Positions 49,734-63,200 of a stretch of DNA of 64,000 bases are shown in pieces. The stretch's first letter is position 1. Each line of letters opens with the position of its first letter. Under the pieces are notes generated by a model. That model was not told the DNA's origin and did no database searches. It saw only the letters and a list, made by a program, of their open reading frames with translations. A program made the translations under genes and the position numbers. Origin of the DNA: Phoronis australis (lineage: Eukaryota > Animalia > Phoronida); the NCBI GenBank assembly GCA_002633005.1, contig NMRA01000021.1, forward strand, positions 1,360,735 to 1,424,734, in the 5' to 3' direction.

Positions 49734-50141
49734 TCGTTCATCAGGCTTCTGCTTGGACCTCTGGGTGTAGGATGTTTTCACCAGTTCTTTTTCCCAGTCC
49801 CAAAAATGTTGTAAGCAGACTTCTGTTTAGATGCGGTGCTAAATCAGGATGGTCTGTGAGACACATCTACACTTCTACAAGAAGGCGTTTCAGTTGCGGA
49901 ATTTCGTGGCTGCAAAAGCAAGCGTCAGTTGTTTCCATTATCGTGCAGTTAGCGCACTAACACCATGACAAATCATTCAACTATCCATATGTTCCATTGT
50001 CTGTGCACGTTCATGGCGCCTTTCTTGTATTTCTTGATCAGTGAATTCCGGTTCGAACTGATAGCTTGTGAAACCTAACGATCGACCTGTGAAGTCTTCG
50101 TTGGATGAGCACTCGTGTAAGTCGGGATTGTGAGTTACCAT
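49734..50141 (-). pseudogene. KolX / P2X7 C-terminal ballast-like Cys-rich protein relic, exon 1
   Basis: MVTHNPD...SYQFEPEFTDQEIQERR.../fs/LSWC*CANCTIMETTDACFCSHEIPQLKRLL...CLTDHPDL; ends at donor GA|gtaagc. Confidence 0.75.
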
Positions 50142-50479
50142 GGTTGACGTTTATTATTGTGCGGTATGTTTCAAAATGAATTATTCTCACCCTAGGCAAT
50201 GCTTATATAAAACTGAAACAAAGATGCAATAAGCTAATTGAACGGGCACCTTCTTACCGTGAATAATACGCTTACGAGGAAGTCACTCATTTCTAAAGAT
50301 ATTCGGGAATTTTCATTGCCCGTCCTTCTGAGCAGCTTGTACAGGATCCAAGAGAGCGCGGCACCAGAATCAGGTATAATTGTGATGACCGCATTGCCCA
50401 ATGGGAGCAAGACCCAATTAAATATAATTATCCGACCATGAACTGTATTAAACATCTCTGTACCTAATGGCGAATTTGA

Positions 50480-50600
50480 GGAGGCAGTGTGGCCTGGTTG
50501 ATAAGTGCCCGGTTTTTTTACTCTAGGTCGTTGGTTCAAGTCTCACCATGTGACACTGCTGAACCCTTGAGCCAGTTTTCTAGCTCCTCAGCTCAGTTTT
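50480..50600 (+). mobile_element. tRNA-derived SINE head
   Basis: GGCAGTGTGGCCTGGTTGATAAG (A box-like), GGTTCAAGTCT (B box), then CCCTTGAGC, typical of SINE bodies. Confidence 0.65.
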
Positions 50601-53390
50601 AACCATATATTAATAAAGCATAAAAATATTTTCAGGTGATCAGAGCAATGGGCCCACATGCGAGGCCTTCGCACGTCTGGTACAACGTGTATCAGACCGC
50701 CTGCAGTTATTTTTGTTTAATGGTGAATTTCCAAAAAGCATTAACCACTAATTTTTGTTATAAACGAACACCACGGTCGTGTTCAGCTGGAAAAAAAAAT
50801 ACGGTTTTCGATTTTTAAAAATCGATGAATTAATAATCTAAAAGCTACAACCATTGGGTCCGATTGAAGATAAACTACCGCTCGTATTGACATAACTTGT
50901 GGATATACAAACGCTGATCAGAGTTAACAATATCATATGGATTCATTTTTTAATATTCTTTCAATCTCGTTTAATCTGATTTTTGACCAGGAAACAGTTG
51001 TTGTGCCCACTTTTCATTTTTTATTACTGACAAAGAGCTAGAATAGTTATATAGTGAGTGCCACCGAAATTGTTTGGTTATTTCCATATTTGCACTTTTG
51101 TATATATTTTATGATTTGAGTTCTAATAAAAATTAAACTTTAATGACACGTGAAATGTTTAGTGTACCTGTAATGCGGTAAGTTTAGGAATGCGCTCACT
51201 ATGAACTTAACTAATTAAGTTTAGCTGGTGATCAAAATCTACCTCTGTTATGGTACTTCAAGTTTGAAACTTAGATAAACAGTTATCAACGTGTTCCTGG
51301 TAAGAAAGAACAAGTGGGCAGAAGCATTAAAATTAAATAAAGAAAACCAATATGAAACTTATCGCTCTTTTGGGAACTGGCCCTTTGGGAAGATAAACAC
51401 AAGTTAACCTTTTTAGTCATTTTGTAATGTACCAAGTTAAAACTACTCTCCAGAGTTACAGGCTATAACTCTACAAATGTCAGAGAAAACCAAATTCGGG
51501 GTACTAACAACAACCATTGTTGAGACAGTAATGCTAGCAATTACCTTTCCACTTCATTTGCTCAGGTCTACTTCAATACACAGGGCGTGCTGAATAGGCA
51601 TCATAAAAGCTGTCTAGGGCTTTGGGAATCAGAGCCCTCACCAGTGTAAGCAAGAAATTCTCCACATGTTGGCCATGTGAGTGCATCCTAATTCAGTGTT
51701 TGCTGACAGAAAGCTGTTGTGAAACAATATCTTGATGGTATATCCTATGGTCAGATGTTAGTAGAATCTTAGTTTATTTAGGTATTCATATACATTATTC
51801 GAATCATTTTTACTGTGCAACCTTTGCCCTGACAGTTTTGTTGTGGAAGGGTAACCTGACTTCGCAGCCCCCAACGAGCTAGTAAGTAGATTTGCAGTTT
51901 TGCGTCTAATTCACCAAAATAATCACGTGCACATTATTTCTTTGGGTCACTAGTATAGTCTTTTCGTGACTGGAAGTTTAGTTTCTAACTTTGGCTGGTT
52001 CACGTTCGTGATGTCTTCAGGCCAGCCAAGACGAGTCTGATTGGGTTCCGAGCCACTGGCTGTGATAACAAGCGTTCCAACATATAGCTATGTTCCCCTG
52101 TCTGTATAATTCAAATTTATCACTGAACAGGGGCCAAACCCCCCGCGACCGACCTTGGTAAAATGACCTACCGAACTTAGTAGACTACGGAACGTTCCAA
52201 TTCCTATAAATCCGTAACAGCGAAATTAAACAACACTTGTTCAATAACTTGAAGTATTTGTAAGGGTTTTACATCGACGTTTTGTTGATTTTTGGTGTGA
52301 AACGATGAATTCAGCCAATAAGTTGACACCAGCAAGCGTGTTGTGAACTGCTGAACAGACTGCGTTTGAACCTCTGACGTCATTGGCTAATTTCAACTCC
52401 TCCGTCTGCCGTCTTGTGTCTGGTAAATGAACTGTACTTGCTGTTAACGAGAGGAACTACTCAATCTAAATTGGATACAAAATAGGTTGGGCGGCATTCT
52501 CCTTTATGAAGGATTTCAGGTAATTTATTGAGTCGAAACTGTATTTTACTCAAGAATTCAAGTTGCCCTATTGAAGATCGCGAGGCAGCGACGCATTAGT
52601 CGGCAAGTTTTCGCCATGGGATTTCAGCACATTTTAAAAAAAAAAGATTGTAATTTAACAGCAAAGTTTGATAGCAATGCACCACAGTTTTCTAGGTAGT
52701 CTGTCATAGGATACAGATATGTCACAGCTCGTAAATTTGACTTCACGCATTGTCGGAGACCGGGTTTCAACCGCCTTAGGCTACAACAAGCGCCCCCTTC
52801 CGAAATGAATTTTTCTAAGCACCCTGGGCGAATACGGTAGCCTTAATAGATGGTGATATCAACGCACAAAACAATGATTTTTATTATCTTCTCAGCCTGC
52901 TATGACTACACACGTTGCTCTTCTATGAATCATGCTAAAACTTGAATCATGACCTGGTAGAAGATATTGTGTATTCTTTTGGCTATCCCTTCCTACTCTT
53001 TTCAATTAGTCACCAGAGGACTAGTTCACCCTGTTTTTGTTTTTGCTGTGGTCTTGAAAAGTGTGTGACTGTCTAGACCTGAACATTCTTTCACCATTTC
53101 CCTATAACTAGAATAATAAACTTGAGGCAAAGTGCATTATTGTGGATTCCGAGTTAAAGCGTAGATTTCATTTTCATGATGATTTTAAGAATTGGTGTGG
53201 GATATGACTTATTTTGTTGTTGCCATTATTATTCGCCCATTTTTCTGTTAATTTCAGTATCTGTGAAGAAGTCCAGTGATGACACGAACCTTTCCACAGA
53301 GAAGACTCTAACTTACTAGAAGATGTAAATACATGAATATCTTCAACGGCTAAGCTCTACCCCATTATCGGAGATGGATGGTTATATTAA

Positions 53391-53908
53391 AGAGGCATGG
53401 AATGCAAAAGCTTGTCAAAAATACCTTTTAAACAATACCTGACGAAAGTACCATCCCGCAACGTCTAGTACAGAGTAATTCACTCCCCTATGAGGAAATT
53501 TCCAGAAAAAAATCACAAAATTCACTATGTTTGAAATACGTGTGAAAGAAAAACTTTGTGGTTACCACAGAATTTCTAATCTCCCTTCCACTTATGAAAA
53601 ATGCACGCATGTGCTCAAAGTCACTTGAGGTCACATTTTCCATATAAAGGAAATATGCTATATGTCTATGTCTTGCCATACTAAATAACCAAATTTGCTT
53701 TACGTAAAATTGACAAAGTGGCATGCAGTTGACTGATCATTTTTTTTGAAATTTGAAACTAAATGAAAACGCTTCGTTATCAACATAAATTAAAAGTCGT
53801 AATGAACAAACCCTAATAATAGCTGGTGAGCAGGTGGAATTCTGTTTCAGTGACAGAGAACCACTTTTAATATTGTAATTTAGTCTGTTTATTGCGTTCT
53901 AGGCCTCT
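53391..53908. mobile_element. Kolobok-type MITE with TTAA TSD
   Basis: ttaa|AGAGGCATGGAATGC ... GCGTTCTAGGCCTCT|ttaa. Confidence 0.75.
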
Positions 53909-54548
53909 TTAACTTGATGGTTTATTTGACTGCAGAAGTCCTTATGCATTTCTCTCAAAAAACATTTGGCAGATCACCCTGGACCACTTTTCACTTCGCT
54001 AATTTTGAAATTTGTTGACATTTTTTTGGTTTGCAGAAATTGGATTTTAGTGTGGTATAGACAACTGTTCATTTTTCTGTGCATCGCCTTTTTTCCAAAT
54101 TGCACATTTGTTTGCCTGAAAGTATTTAATGACACTGAAATGAGCAGACTACTAAGACAAATCTTGCTGTAAATGGCATATGTCTTCTCTGTGATATCAT
54201 TGAAGAGTGTTGGCTGGAATTTTTATCTTGATTTTGTTTACTTTGATATCTTTTGATGTCAGTGAATAAATGCAGAGTGTTTTCATCTTGACTGTGTGAA
54301 ACAAAAATGTTTGATGCTTTTATAAAGTTTCTCGGATAGTAGTTATTGTGATAATAATATTTTAGTGTGTTCTGTTCATAGACTGGAATCGTATGAAACT
54401 GATGTTTGCAAGGCAACCTAATAAATAGCTGTTAAATATGAATCGTTTTTCATTTCTCCAATTATATACAGCACAGGTCACAGATTTTTTATATGACCAG
54501 TTGGAAGCGGAAAACATGTTGATCATAGTCTCTTGATGAAATTTATCA

Positions 54549-54673
54549 ATGTAGCAAAATCATTTACTGAGAGACTAAAATTGACAGATTTTAGCTGATT
54601 TTTTGTCAGACCAGGCCAGAACGTCAGTTACCATCCATCAATTTTAATTTCTCAGTAAATGATTTCGCTATAT
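54549..54673. mobile_element. Small palindromic MITE
   Basis: TAGCAAAATCATTTACTGAGAGACTAAAATTGA / TCAATTTTAATTTCTCAGTAAATGATTTCGCTA. Confidence 0.75.
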
Positions 54674-57600
54674 TTACTAGTTGGAAACCGCTCATTGACT
54701 GGTCTGCAGACCGCATTTTCGACTGCTGTGATGTCATAACTGCAGATTGTTAGTGTAGAGCCAGTTTTAACATGGCCGATTGTTGTTGTTGTTTTTTAAG
54801 ACTATAGCCACAAGAGTATATTTTCTTTAAAAGTACGAATCAGTCTTCATATGCACCATACATTGGTCGCTTCACGTGACCCAAAGTTTAGTCTGAAAAG
54901 ATCTCTGCCCCTACCAGGGTTCGAATCGAAACTTTTTGCTGAATGTGCATAAGGCTCGGTAATTGACTGGTGGTACTGATAGCTCAGTGCAATGTTACCC
55001 AACCTTCACAAAATTAAGGCAGTCTTTGTGCTCATTTCCCACAAACGTATATCCAAACAAGACAAAATTTGTTGAGGCAAATCTTTTTGCTTGTATGTGT
55101 AATGATGCAAATTTGAAGAGCACTAAGTTACATTTTATCATGTTTTTAAATGTTTAGCTCAATATGTTAAATGGAGTCCATTATTAGTACAGCCACAGGA
55201 GTACAAACAGCACCAGTCTGATAAGAAAAGGTCGTTAACATATAAATGTATAATGTAACTGCCGACTGGAGATGTACCTTTAATTGTGTTGTCATAGGTT
55301 AGCAACCAGATTTCTGACCCAAGTGCCAACCCCCTTGACGACCACGCTAACTACTCCTAGCAAACCATTGTTTGTTTGATAAACGATTGGTCACCGACTC
55401 ATTGATGAATGGTCCTTTGGAAATAAGTGAACTGTTCTGTAATGGCTTTTATGAATTCAATATTTTAGCTGTTTGCTGCTCTACACTCAGTAAATACATA
55501 TTCATATTCAGGGCCCATATAAGGTTGTCTTATTTTTGGAGCTATGTGATACACGGGCTGACTCACTTTCAGTAGAGTACTTTTCATATTGGCGCTCTCT
55601 AGAATAATGAGGGCACAAAAATGACTTCCGATTGATCACTACTCAGATTTGTTGGACAGAAATTCAGTTACAAACAGTGCTTCATGAATGTAAAAGTAGG
55701 GGAAACCACTGCTCCTGAAAAGGATGTACTGTAACGATAATTGCAGAAAATTTTGTGATGTTAAACCCCCAAATTATGAGATGTGTCATTCATAGTCCAT
55801 TATAGTGAGTACCAGCAGATATCAACTTTTGAGACAGGGAATACTCCCAATTTAAACAGTTCAACTACCAATAATTCCAAATTTAAATTTGGAATTTCAG
55901 GTCAGAATCAAGAATCCAGACCAAAACATTTCTTAAAGGCCCATAAGGTGCTATTTTCAAATTTTCACTAGGTTCTTGGTTGAAGATTGTTTCTTTTATC
56001 TTTTTGCTTTGCATTGTTTTTTGCAACGACAAAACTCAAAATTGACAGGAATTACAATTCCATGGTCAAGTTTGAAAGTTCATTGTGGGGTTTGTATGTA
56101 AAGCCTTGCCATCACTACATTGAACTGCTGCCAAATATACAAATTGTCTGAATTTTCTGAACAAATTTCTAATCTCCTGTGACTGCAAACTTGTTTCGAT
56201 TTTCAAACTCGACACGATTGTGCTGAACTTGTCTCCTGGAAAATCAAAATTTTCTGGTATATCATTGGCTCTGAAATGCTTTCAGTGCCCTATCCATAAC
56301 ACAACATTCAGTTTAAATCTTGTAGGTTGTCACCATTTGAGTATATAGCTGTGCAAATATCCAAGGTGACAATTGCTCAAACGCCAGGTCGACCAAGTTT
56401 GACTTTGTGTTGAATTACACATATTGGTATCATTTTCCAGTTTAAAAATGCAAAATCTGGATCAAAATTCTCGAATCTGCAGTCGTTATGCTGAACCCTT
56501 TACATAATGAGACATTAGATTGCCAATGCCAATTTCAGAAGTGAAACCTCACTGCAAATCCTTACATTCCTGAAGCACGACTTCAAGTTCAAGATTTCTC
56601 AAGGCTGATTGCATTTTCCAACCTACTAGTTCACAATTTTGAACTTTTCCGTAGCCACATTTATGCACCGAAATATAAGTTTTTAGCAGGTTGGATTAAA
56701 GTAAGTATTACGGTATGTTGGTATGTTGATCAACTGTTGAACTTGAAATGACTTGTATGGCTGTACTTAAACTGAGGTATAGTGGTTCAAAAGGGGGTCT
56801 TTAGAAATGCCAATGTCCTTCTATTCATAATTACATCGGTTTTTGCCCATAGTAATGATGTCTAATGAGTAGACGAAAAGTTAAATGAACATGAACTTTT
56901 TATTTGTACGGCAATTGTCCGTTTTTTAACTTTGTATTCAAGTCTTAAATCATAAAACTTATTGCTTTGCATCCAGTTGAATAGTGCTTGTGTTCACCTG
57001 ACTTTGACTGTTAATTTACGAATCATTTACCAAGTTGTGAGACATATTTTGGTCAGCAGCCATATTTAAAACGGTGAGCAATCACATTTTAATCAAGGTC
57101 AGGTAATATGTTAGAGCAGACCTCTGAAATCTTTTTTTTGCCTGCAAAAACCTTACTTCACCTTTTCCGGAACAAAAAATTAATAATCTGCAATGCATTC
57201 TGGAATAGGCGAGCGACCTACACATATTGTGTTGGTTATTCCTAGACATCTGAAATGAAATTTATATGTGTGAAGTGTTTTTGTAATTAAAAGCTAATTA
57301 TTAAAATAACATGTTTGTCTTCAGTTTATGCTATTTTTGGAGATATAGTATAGGAATCCTTTGTAAATGCCTAAATGCAAAACACACTTCTACGTCAGCC
57401 TTAAATAATGCTTGCAAGCCTTCCTCTGTCTTCAATTGAAGTGTGCTTTATTTAAGCTAATATTTGGCTTTCACGCTTTGGAATTCTGATGAAATCGAAA
57501 GAAGAGGCGTGTTTCTGTTCTTGTCTTGGTAACTGTTATTTTCAAGCCATGACTACATGAAAAATATCAAATAGTTAATCTCGTTTAGAACAGGTCGAGT

Positions 57601-58588
57601 CAAAGTGAGAATGATTTACAGTGCCCAAACTTAATATTTGGTTGCTTTCGTATTGTTTTCTAGTCTTCTCACCAGGGTGCACCAGGCGTGCTTAAAGCAT
57701 CAGATATCCCCAGGTGCAATGCGTTTGCAATCATCATGATGTTGTGAATTATTTAGATTTGGGTCATTGTCACTTTGTGAGAAAGGAAGTATTGATAGGT
57801 TGCATGCTGTAAGGAAGTGAATCAGCTGGCAAACAAGGAAGTTTTAAAAACAGCCAACTGATGTGATTTCAATATTCTCTATACGACAAAAAGTTTATTT
57901 AAAGCATTGATACAGCATGCAGTTACAGGAAGAGAATTTGTGATATGAGATATCCTCTGTATGATATCATGTCATGTTCCGAGAAATAGGCGTGTTTGTG
58001 CATATTCTATATGAAGAGAACTTCAATTTCCCTGCCACTGCCAATTTGTAGTCTTGGTGTTGATTTCAGTCTTTAAAAACCTGTACCCAATCCTAGTGTA
58101 GAACATGCACTTTTCATGCACTGACATCTCTGTGCAATTTCAGGTGCATCAAATTACCTATTGAAGTGGGACCCATGGATGTTTGGATGGAGGTTGGGTG
58201 GAGTGTGTTGTTCCTTGTTTTACGATGTCTGCATTTGCTTATTCCTATAGGCTATGTGGTAGTGAACACTTGGCATTGAAGTGATATCCAATCCTATAAG
58301 TTGAAAGACAATCCAAAGATTCGTGGGTCGATGCCGAAAGACAAAGGATTTTCTGTTGTTTATGAACTTCCTGCAGATTTGCTTGGTGAAGTGAATTTAA
58401 TTTAAGTAGCCATATGGGTTAATTGGTACTAAACAACAATTTGCAGTGGATATGTTTCAATTTGATTAACATTCATGCAATTGTCCCTCTAATATGGAAA
58501 AGCATAAAGTACCATGTGGATATTCATTGTATAATTTCAATAATTGACAAAGACAAAGTAATAATTGCCAATTAGTTATATTGCTTTT

Positions 58589-59023
58589 GGGTAAGGTCAC
58601 GCTAAGGGGTACAATCACAGTGATGTCAAAAACATGATAATTTATGCCCGTTTCTGTGGTTATTAAGCGGTGAACACAGTTTTATTATAAAGTTAATACG
58701 TTGAAGAGATAACAGAGATAGTTTCATGTGGTAATCTTTNTGTATGTGAACTATCTTAATTCTGTATAATTTTATTTCTGAACCACATTTATATAGTCTT
58801 ACTGTATGGATTAAAATGTCAACATCACAGCCGTTATCGGCAACACACTTCGTGAAAAACATAAATTTTCTCATATTCTTGTTATTCCAACTATGTTCTC
58901 ACTTATATTAACTGAAAATATAGTAATTTAGCTACAACTAACCACTAGTTTTTTCCTACCAGCTTGAATTTGAATTTCAAGTACTGATGTCACACTTATG
59001 TGCCCCTTAGCGTGACCATGCCC
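58589..59023. mobile_element. MITE with about 25-bp TIRs (contains an N at 58740)
   Basis: tttt|GGGTAAGGTCACGCTAAGGGGTACA ... TGTGCCCCTTAGCGTGACCATGCCC|tttt; the TSD could also be read as CTTTTG. Confidence 0.75.
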
Positions 59024-59991
59024 TTTTGTACATTCAGCAGTGTCCGTCATGCCAAGCTCTCTTAAAAATAATGGATAGTCTTCTCAAAAGGTGGCGCCAA
59101 CATTTGCATTTCACTGTTTGAAAATCTGAATTGATAATGAGTCAGCTGCAGTTGAGTGAGGGAAATTGCCAATATCCTGTGGCTAAAAAAATGCCTTGAA
59201 TCATCATCCACAGGATTCTGTATGGTACAACAATATGTCAATGAATACCCTTTCGGTTTCTTCTGTTTTCGAGATTGTAATATGAACTACCTTGCTTTGA
59301 CCAAATCCAAAAATGTGAATGGACTTCTTGTGTATTTGATAACTCTGATTATCATACTTCTTTTGTGAGTGTATTTTCGAACCCTAGTTTCTACAAATAT
59401 TGGGTTTCTCTAGATGAACATTACCAGCAAATGGCAATCAAAAACAAATCACAGTGTTTTTCATCAGTTTTTATGTTTTTTTTTTCTAATCAGTCTTAAA
59501 TTATGACACCATTTAAGCTGTGAACACTCTGAACTACAAATACTGATTCACAGTCCATGCCGATGTTGTTGGCACGTTATCCATTGTTAAGTTCTGTTCT
59601 GATATTGGTTTTTTGAAAGGTAAAAAATATGTCATTTTCTGTACGTGCAACCTGCGGCTTACTGAGGGAAATTCCTGGCACACTTGAACCTTTTAAGATT
59701 GATGCAAGAATGATAGCTCGTTTTAGGGCACTGTTAAGGTAATCTTATGATTTTTTTCTCAGAAGCTAAGTAGCACCAAATTATTGATTTGCCATGGCAA
59801 ATAAACTTGCCACGAAATTTGAACACGTGGCACGTTTTACTGATGGTAGTAAGTCCAGTCTGAGCAATTTTAATTTGCACCCCTTCCATTGACATGGCTC
59901 GTGAAGGCAACTCTTTGGTATAAATGTTAGATGCACTTTAGTTGCAAAATTTGCGACATTTCTATTCTTTTTGAAAAAATCATCTTCTTGT

Positions 59992-60230
59992 GTCCAAGTT
60001 CATGCCTCCAGCCATCTTAGCTACTGCCAGATGTACGAAATTCAATTGCAATGTTTCTATTCTAGAAAAAAGCAGCCTTGCATGTCCAATGGCATGCTTC
60101 CAGCCATTTTAGTTACGGCCAGACGTACGAACTTCAGTTGCAATGTTTCTGTTGTTTTAGAAAAACATATCGTGGCAGGTCCAATGGCATACCTCCAGCG
60201 ATCTCAGTTACGGGGAGACAGACAAACTTT
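59992..60230 (+). repeat. Tandem repeat of about 92-96 bp, about 2.5 copies
   Basis: CATGCYTCCAGCCATYTTAGYTAC(T/G)GCCAGAYGTACGAA repeated; lies upstream of the MITE end at 60441-60465. Confidence 0.75.
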
Positions 60231-63200
60231 AATAAAACGAACGCTGCATTTTAGCAACCATTAAACTGTGTTTAGAAAAATTATGGATGAAGACCTTGTA
60301 AAATGAAAAACTGTCAGTTTCGTGGCATGTTTAACTTTATCAACAGAAATTTGTATCGGAGCCGTGTCAGCATGAAGCCTGCTTATCTGTAATGTCAGGT
60401 GTGTTGGCTTGAATTCTCGTGTCCCAAAGTTTGGACACCCTCCCAAACTGGAGAATTTTACTGTAGTTCTACAAGACAGCCTCTACTTGGCACATAGGAA
60501 TATTATTTCCCACTGCCTGTAGAGCTTAAGCAACCACCAATAAGCTTTGCATTGATTACAGTGCCAATCTACATTTTTAAGCACATGTCCAATTTCCATT
60601 GTGCAGGCTGCTTAATATTCTCGAACCACCCTTTCCTGACAGTGCTCCACTCACCCCTATCATCAATGGACTAGTCCAACAACACATGCTCCATCCCTCC
60701 ATGCACTGAGCTGTGCTCTGTAGTGATGTGTGGTGTCATAAATAATGAACTACTAATGATCTCAACAATACTATCTGATTGTGTTAATGTCTACCTGGTC
60801 ACTGAAAAGGGGTCATCTCTCATCTTTGCACTAAGGAAATTGACTCTCTCTTATTGATAGTGGCAGGACGTCACATCCATTCCTGTTGATATCTTACCTA
60901 GTCTTCTATGATACTGGAGTTAATTCAAGTCTGTCGCACACCAAGATGCTTAATCTTCTCCTATGTAAGTATATACTTCTCTTATGAAGGTGTGGGTCTC
61001 TCTCTTTTGTTGAAATTTCATCCTAACGTATTAAGTGTTTGGTTGTAAAGTGCAGATTTTCCTCACTTAAATTGTACTCTTCAGTTGTGGTGCTCTGGAA
61101 ATTGTAAGGAAATTACGGAATAGGAATTTAATTTTTATGCATTTCCATAATGTTGACAACTACTGTTTTCTCCTCAGTGTCTCAGACATTGCCTTGGCTT
61201 TCAGGAATTAATGTAATTGTACTGAGGAATGACAGGAGTGCGATTTTGTGGGTGACTACGATTCCTGTATAATAATATAAATAGGTCTCACTTTCTAATA
61301 GCATTAGGCATCATCCTTGTCTCATATTGGGATACTGGATTGAATCCTTCATGGTGCACTGTCTCCCTTCAGCTGCAGGACAGTGATGTAACACAACTAC
61401 CTGCCAGATAGGGTATCAACAGCTAGTGGTTGATTTAACTATTTTGCCTACCTGAAGCGTATGTAACTGACTTCTAAAATAAATGCATTTGGAAAAGTGA
61501 GAATCGTAGAATTGTGCCTCCCGATGTCAATGTTAAATTTATAGGCGTAAGGCATTACCTATGCAGAGGTCAATGTCTGTGCACTTTGTGTTAAACATCC
61601 CATTTGATTTGAAGTCTGGTGTCCTTTTCACTCTATGAACAGAACCTTTGATGGTTTAGAAGAGTGAAATCTGTTGACACTCTTGGGAATTGTGGTGCCT
61701 TCTCTTCTTGAAGTTGAGAGCATTGATAGTACAGCAAATATCAAGTCTCAACATTCATTCTGAAGGCAGTTAATGCGACTGTGTTTTGTCTACAAATGAC
61801 CAATCTTTAAATGAAATGAAAATAGAAGTTAAAACACCTGTACAGTTGCTATTCAGCAAATTCAAAACATCAGTGTTTGAAAAATGATGCTGGACAGCCG
61901 TGCAAACATTTTTATGGTGGTTGATAGAGTTACTAACTGACCCATTGAGCTGTCTGGTTATAATATGTTGCCATGTTCATATTGGAGGCTGATGTAATAG
62001 GGGTTGAAACATCAGAAGTACCACAAGCACTGTGGCTAGACAGCTTGTAACATGGTCCTCAGAGAATGGTACCATGGTAGTCTGTACTAAGTGGTTGGCT
62101 GACTCATGCAGACCCTCAGGGCAGCTGTGTTCTGTGCATTGTGAAATCTCATCAATGTAAGACAAAAATAATTGACAAAATTGATCTTTTTTGTTTTTAA
62201 TGGATTTTAGCTTTGCTGTGAATGACCATAAGTGTGCCCTGTATGATGCCAATCTTCGGAATAAAACTTTAAATCTGGTTATAAATTAATTAGGTGAAAT
62301 TTGTCTTTCATGGAAATTAAATATTTCCTATCTGACATTTTGTCCTGAGCCATTGTGTCATGAAAGAACTTAGCAAAGGAATGATAACAACCTACTAAAA
62401 CTCTTTCCTTTTCCACAAGTGGTGTGGTGTCTAAACTAAGTGAGCTATTGATTTGATGCCTGCTCTGTTATCTGGCTTAATGTGAGCATAAATTGATAAT
62501 AAAATCCACGTGAAAGATGTCCCCAGAAAACAGGTTACATGTTTTTGATGGCAGTGTATCAAAAGCAAAACTGTAGAGAATCCTACATACATTTCAGTGT
62601 CAAGTTTGCAATAATGGACCGTAATGCCCTCTCTAATTAAAGAGATCCCTGGAATCCTGACCTTTTACATCCCTTTGTGGCCATAAAAATATAAGCGCAG
62701 CCCCTTTCACATTTTGTCCAGGTTCCCATTCACTCCCTTGCATAACATTCAGTAGTAAGGCCCAGCTCAGCAGAGAAGAAGACACCTTTGTGCTATGCTC
62801 AATTGTTTGCCAGTATAGGTTTTGTTGCCATGATATGACAAACTGCATAGACAAGAATCTCACTCTATCTCTAGTTGGTCCCTCATTTTTGGGTCCTCTA
62901 GTCAACATTGACCCTATCCTCTGTTTACAATGAACAAAATGATGACATCTTCAAATTTTGAAGGAAGCAGAAATACACAAAATAATAAATTCACGAATCG
63001 AATCCCTTTAAAGAGATATCCCAGGTGTTTCCTGGGTTCTTTTGTCATGCACCTGAATATTTGCATAATTTTCGGATTGGGGCTATTGTCCCGAGTGTAT
63101 CCATTATTGTAGACTTTGCTGATACAAATGTATTGTATGTACACACATTTTCTACTGTCTGGCTAGACTGCTATCTCCTCTATTCTATATATTGATTCTG

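Larger units (their letters stand above)
49141..52503. mobile_element. Internally deleted Kolobok-like DNA transposon
   Basis: ttaa|AGGAGAATGCGACCC ... GGGCGGCATTCTCCT|ttat; contains THAP (+) and KolX-like (-) relics. Confidence 0.72.
48432..52839. mobile_element. Putative pogo/Tc1-like host element carrying the HIRAN relic and the nested Kolobok-like element
   Basis: Left end ATTCGTCCTAATAAGCGCCC; right end AAGCGCCCC..TAAGCACCCTGGGCGAATACGG|ta; both ends degraded. Confidence 0.45.
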
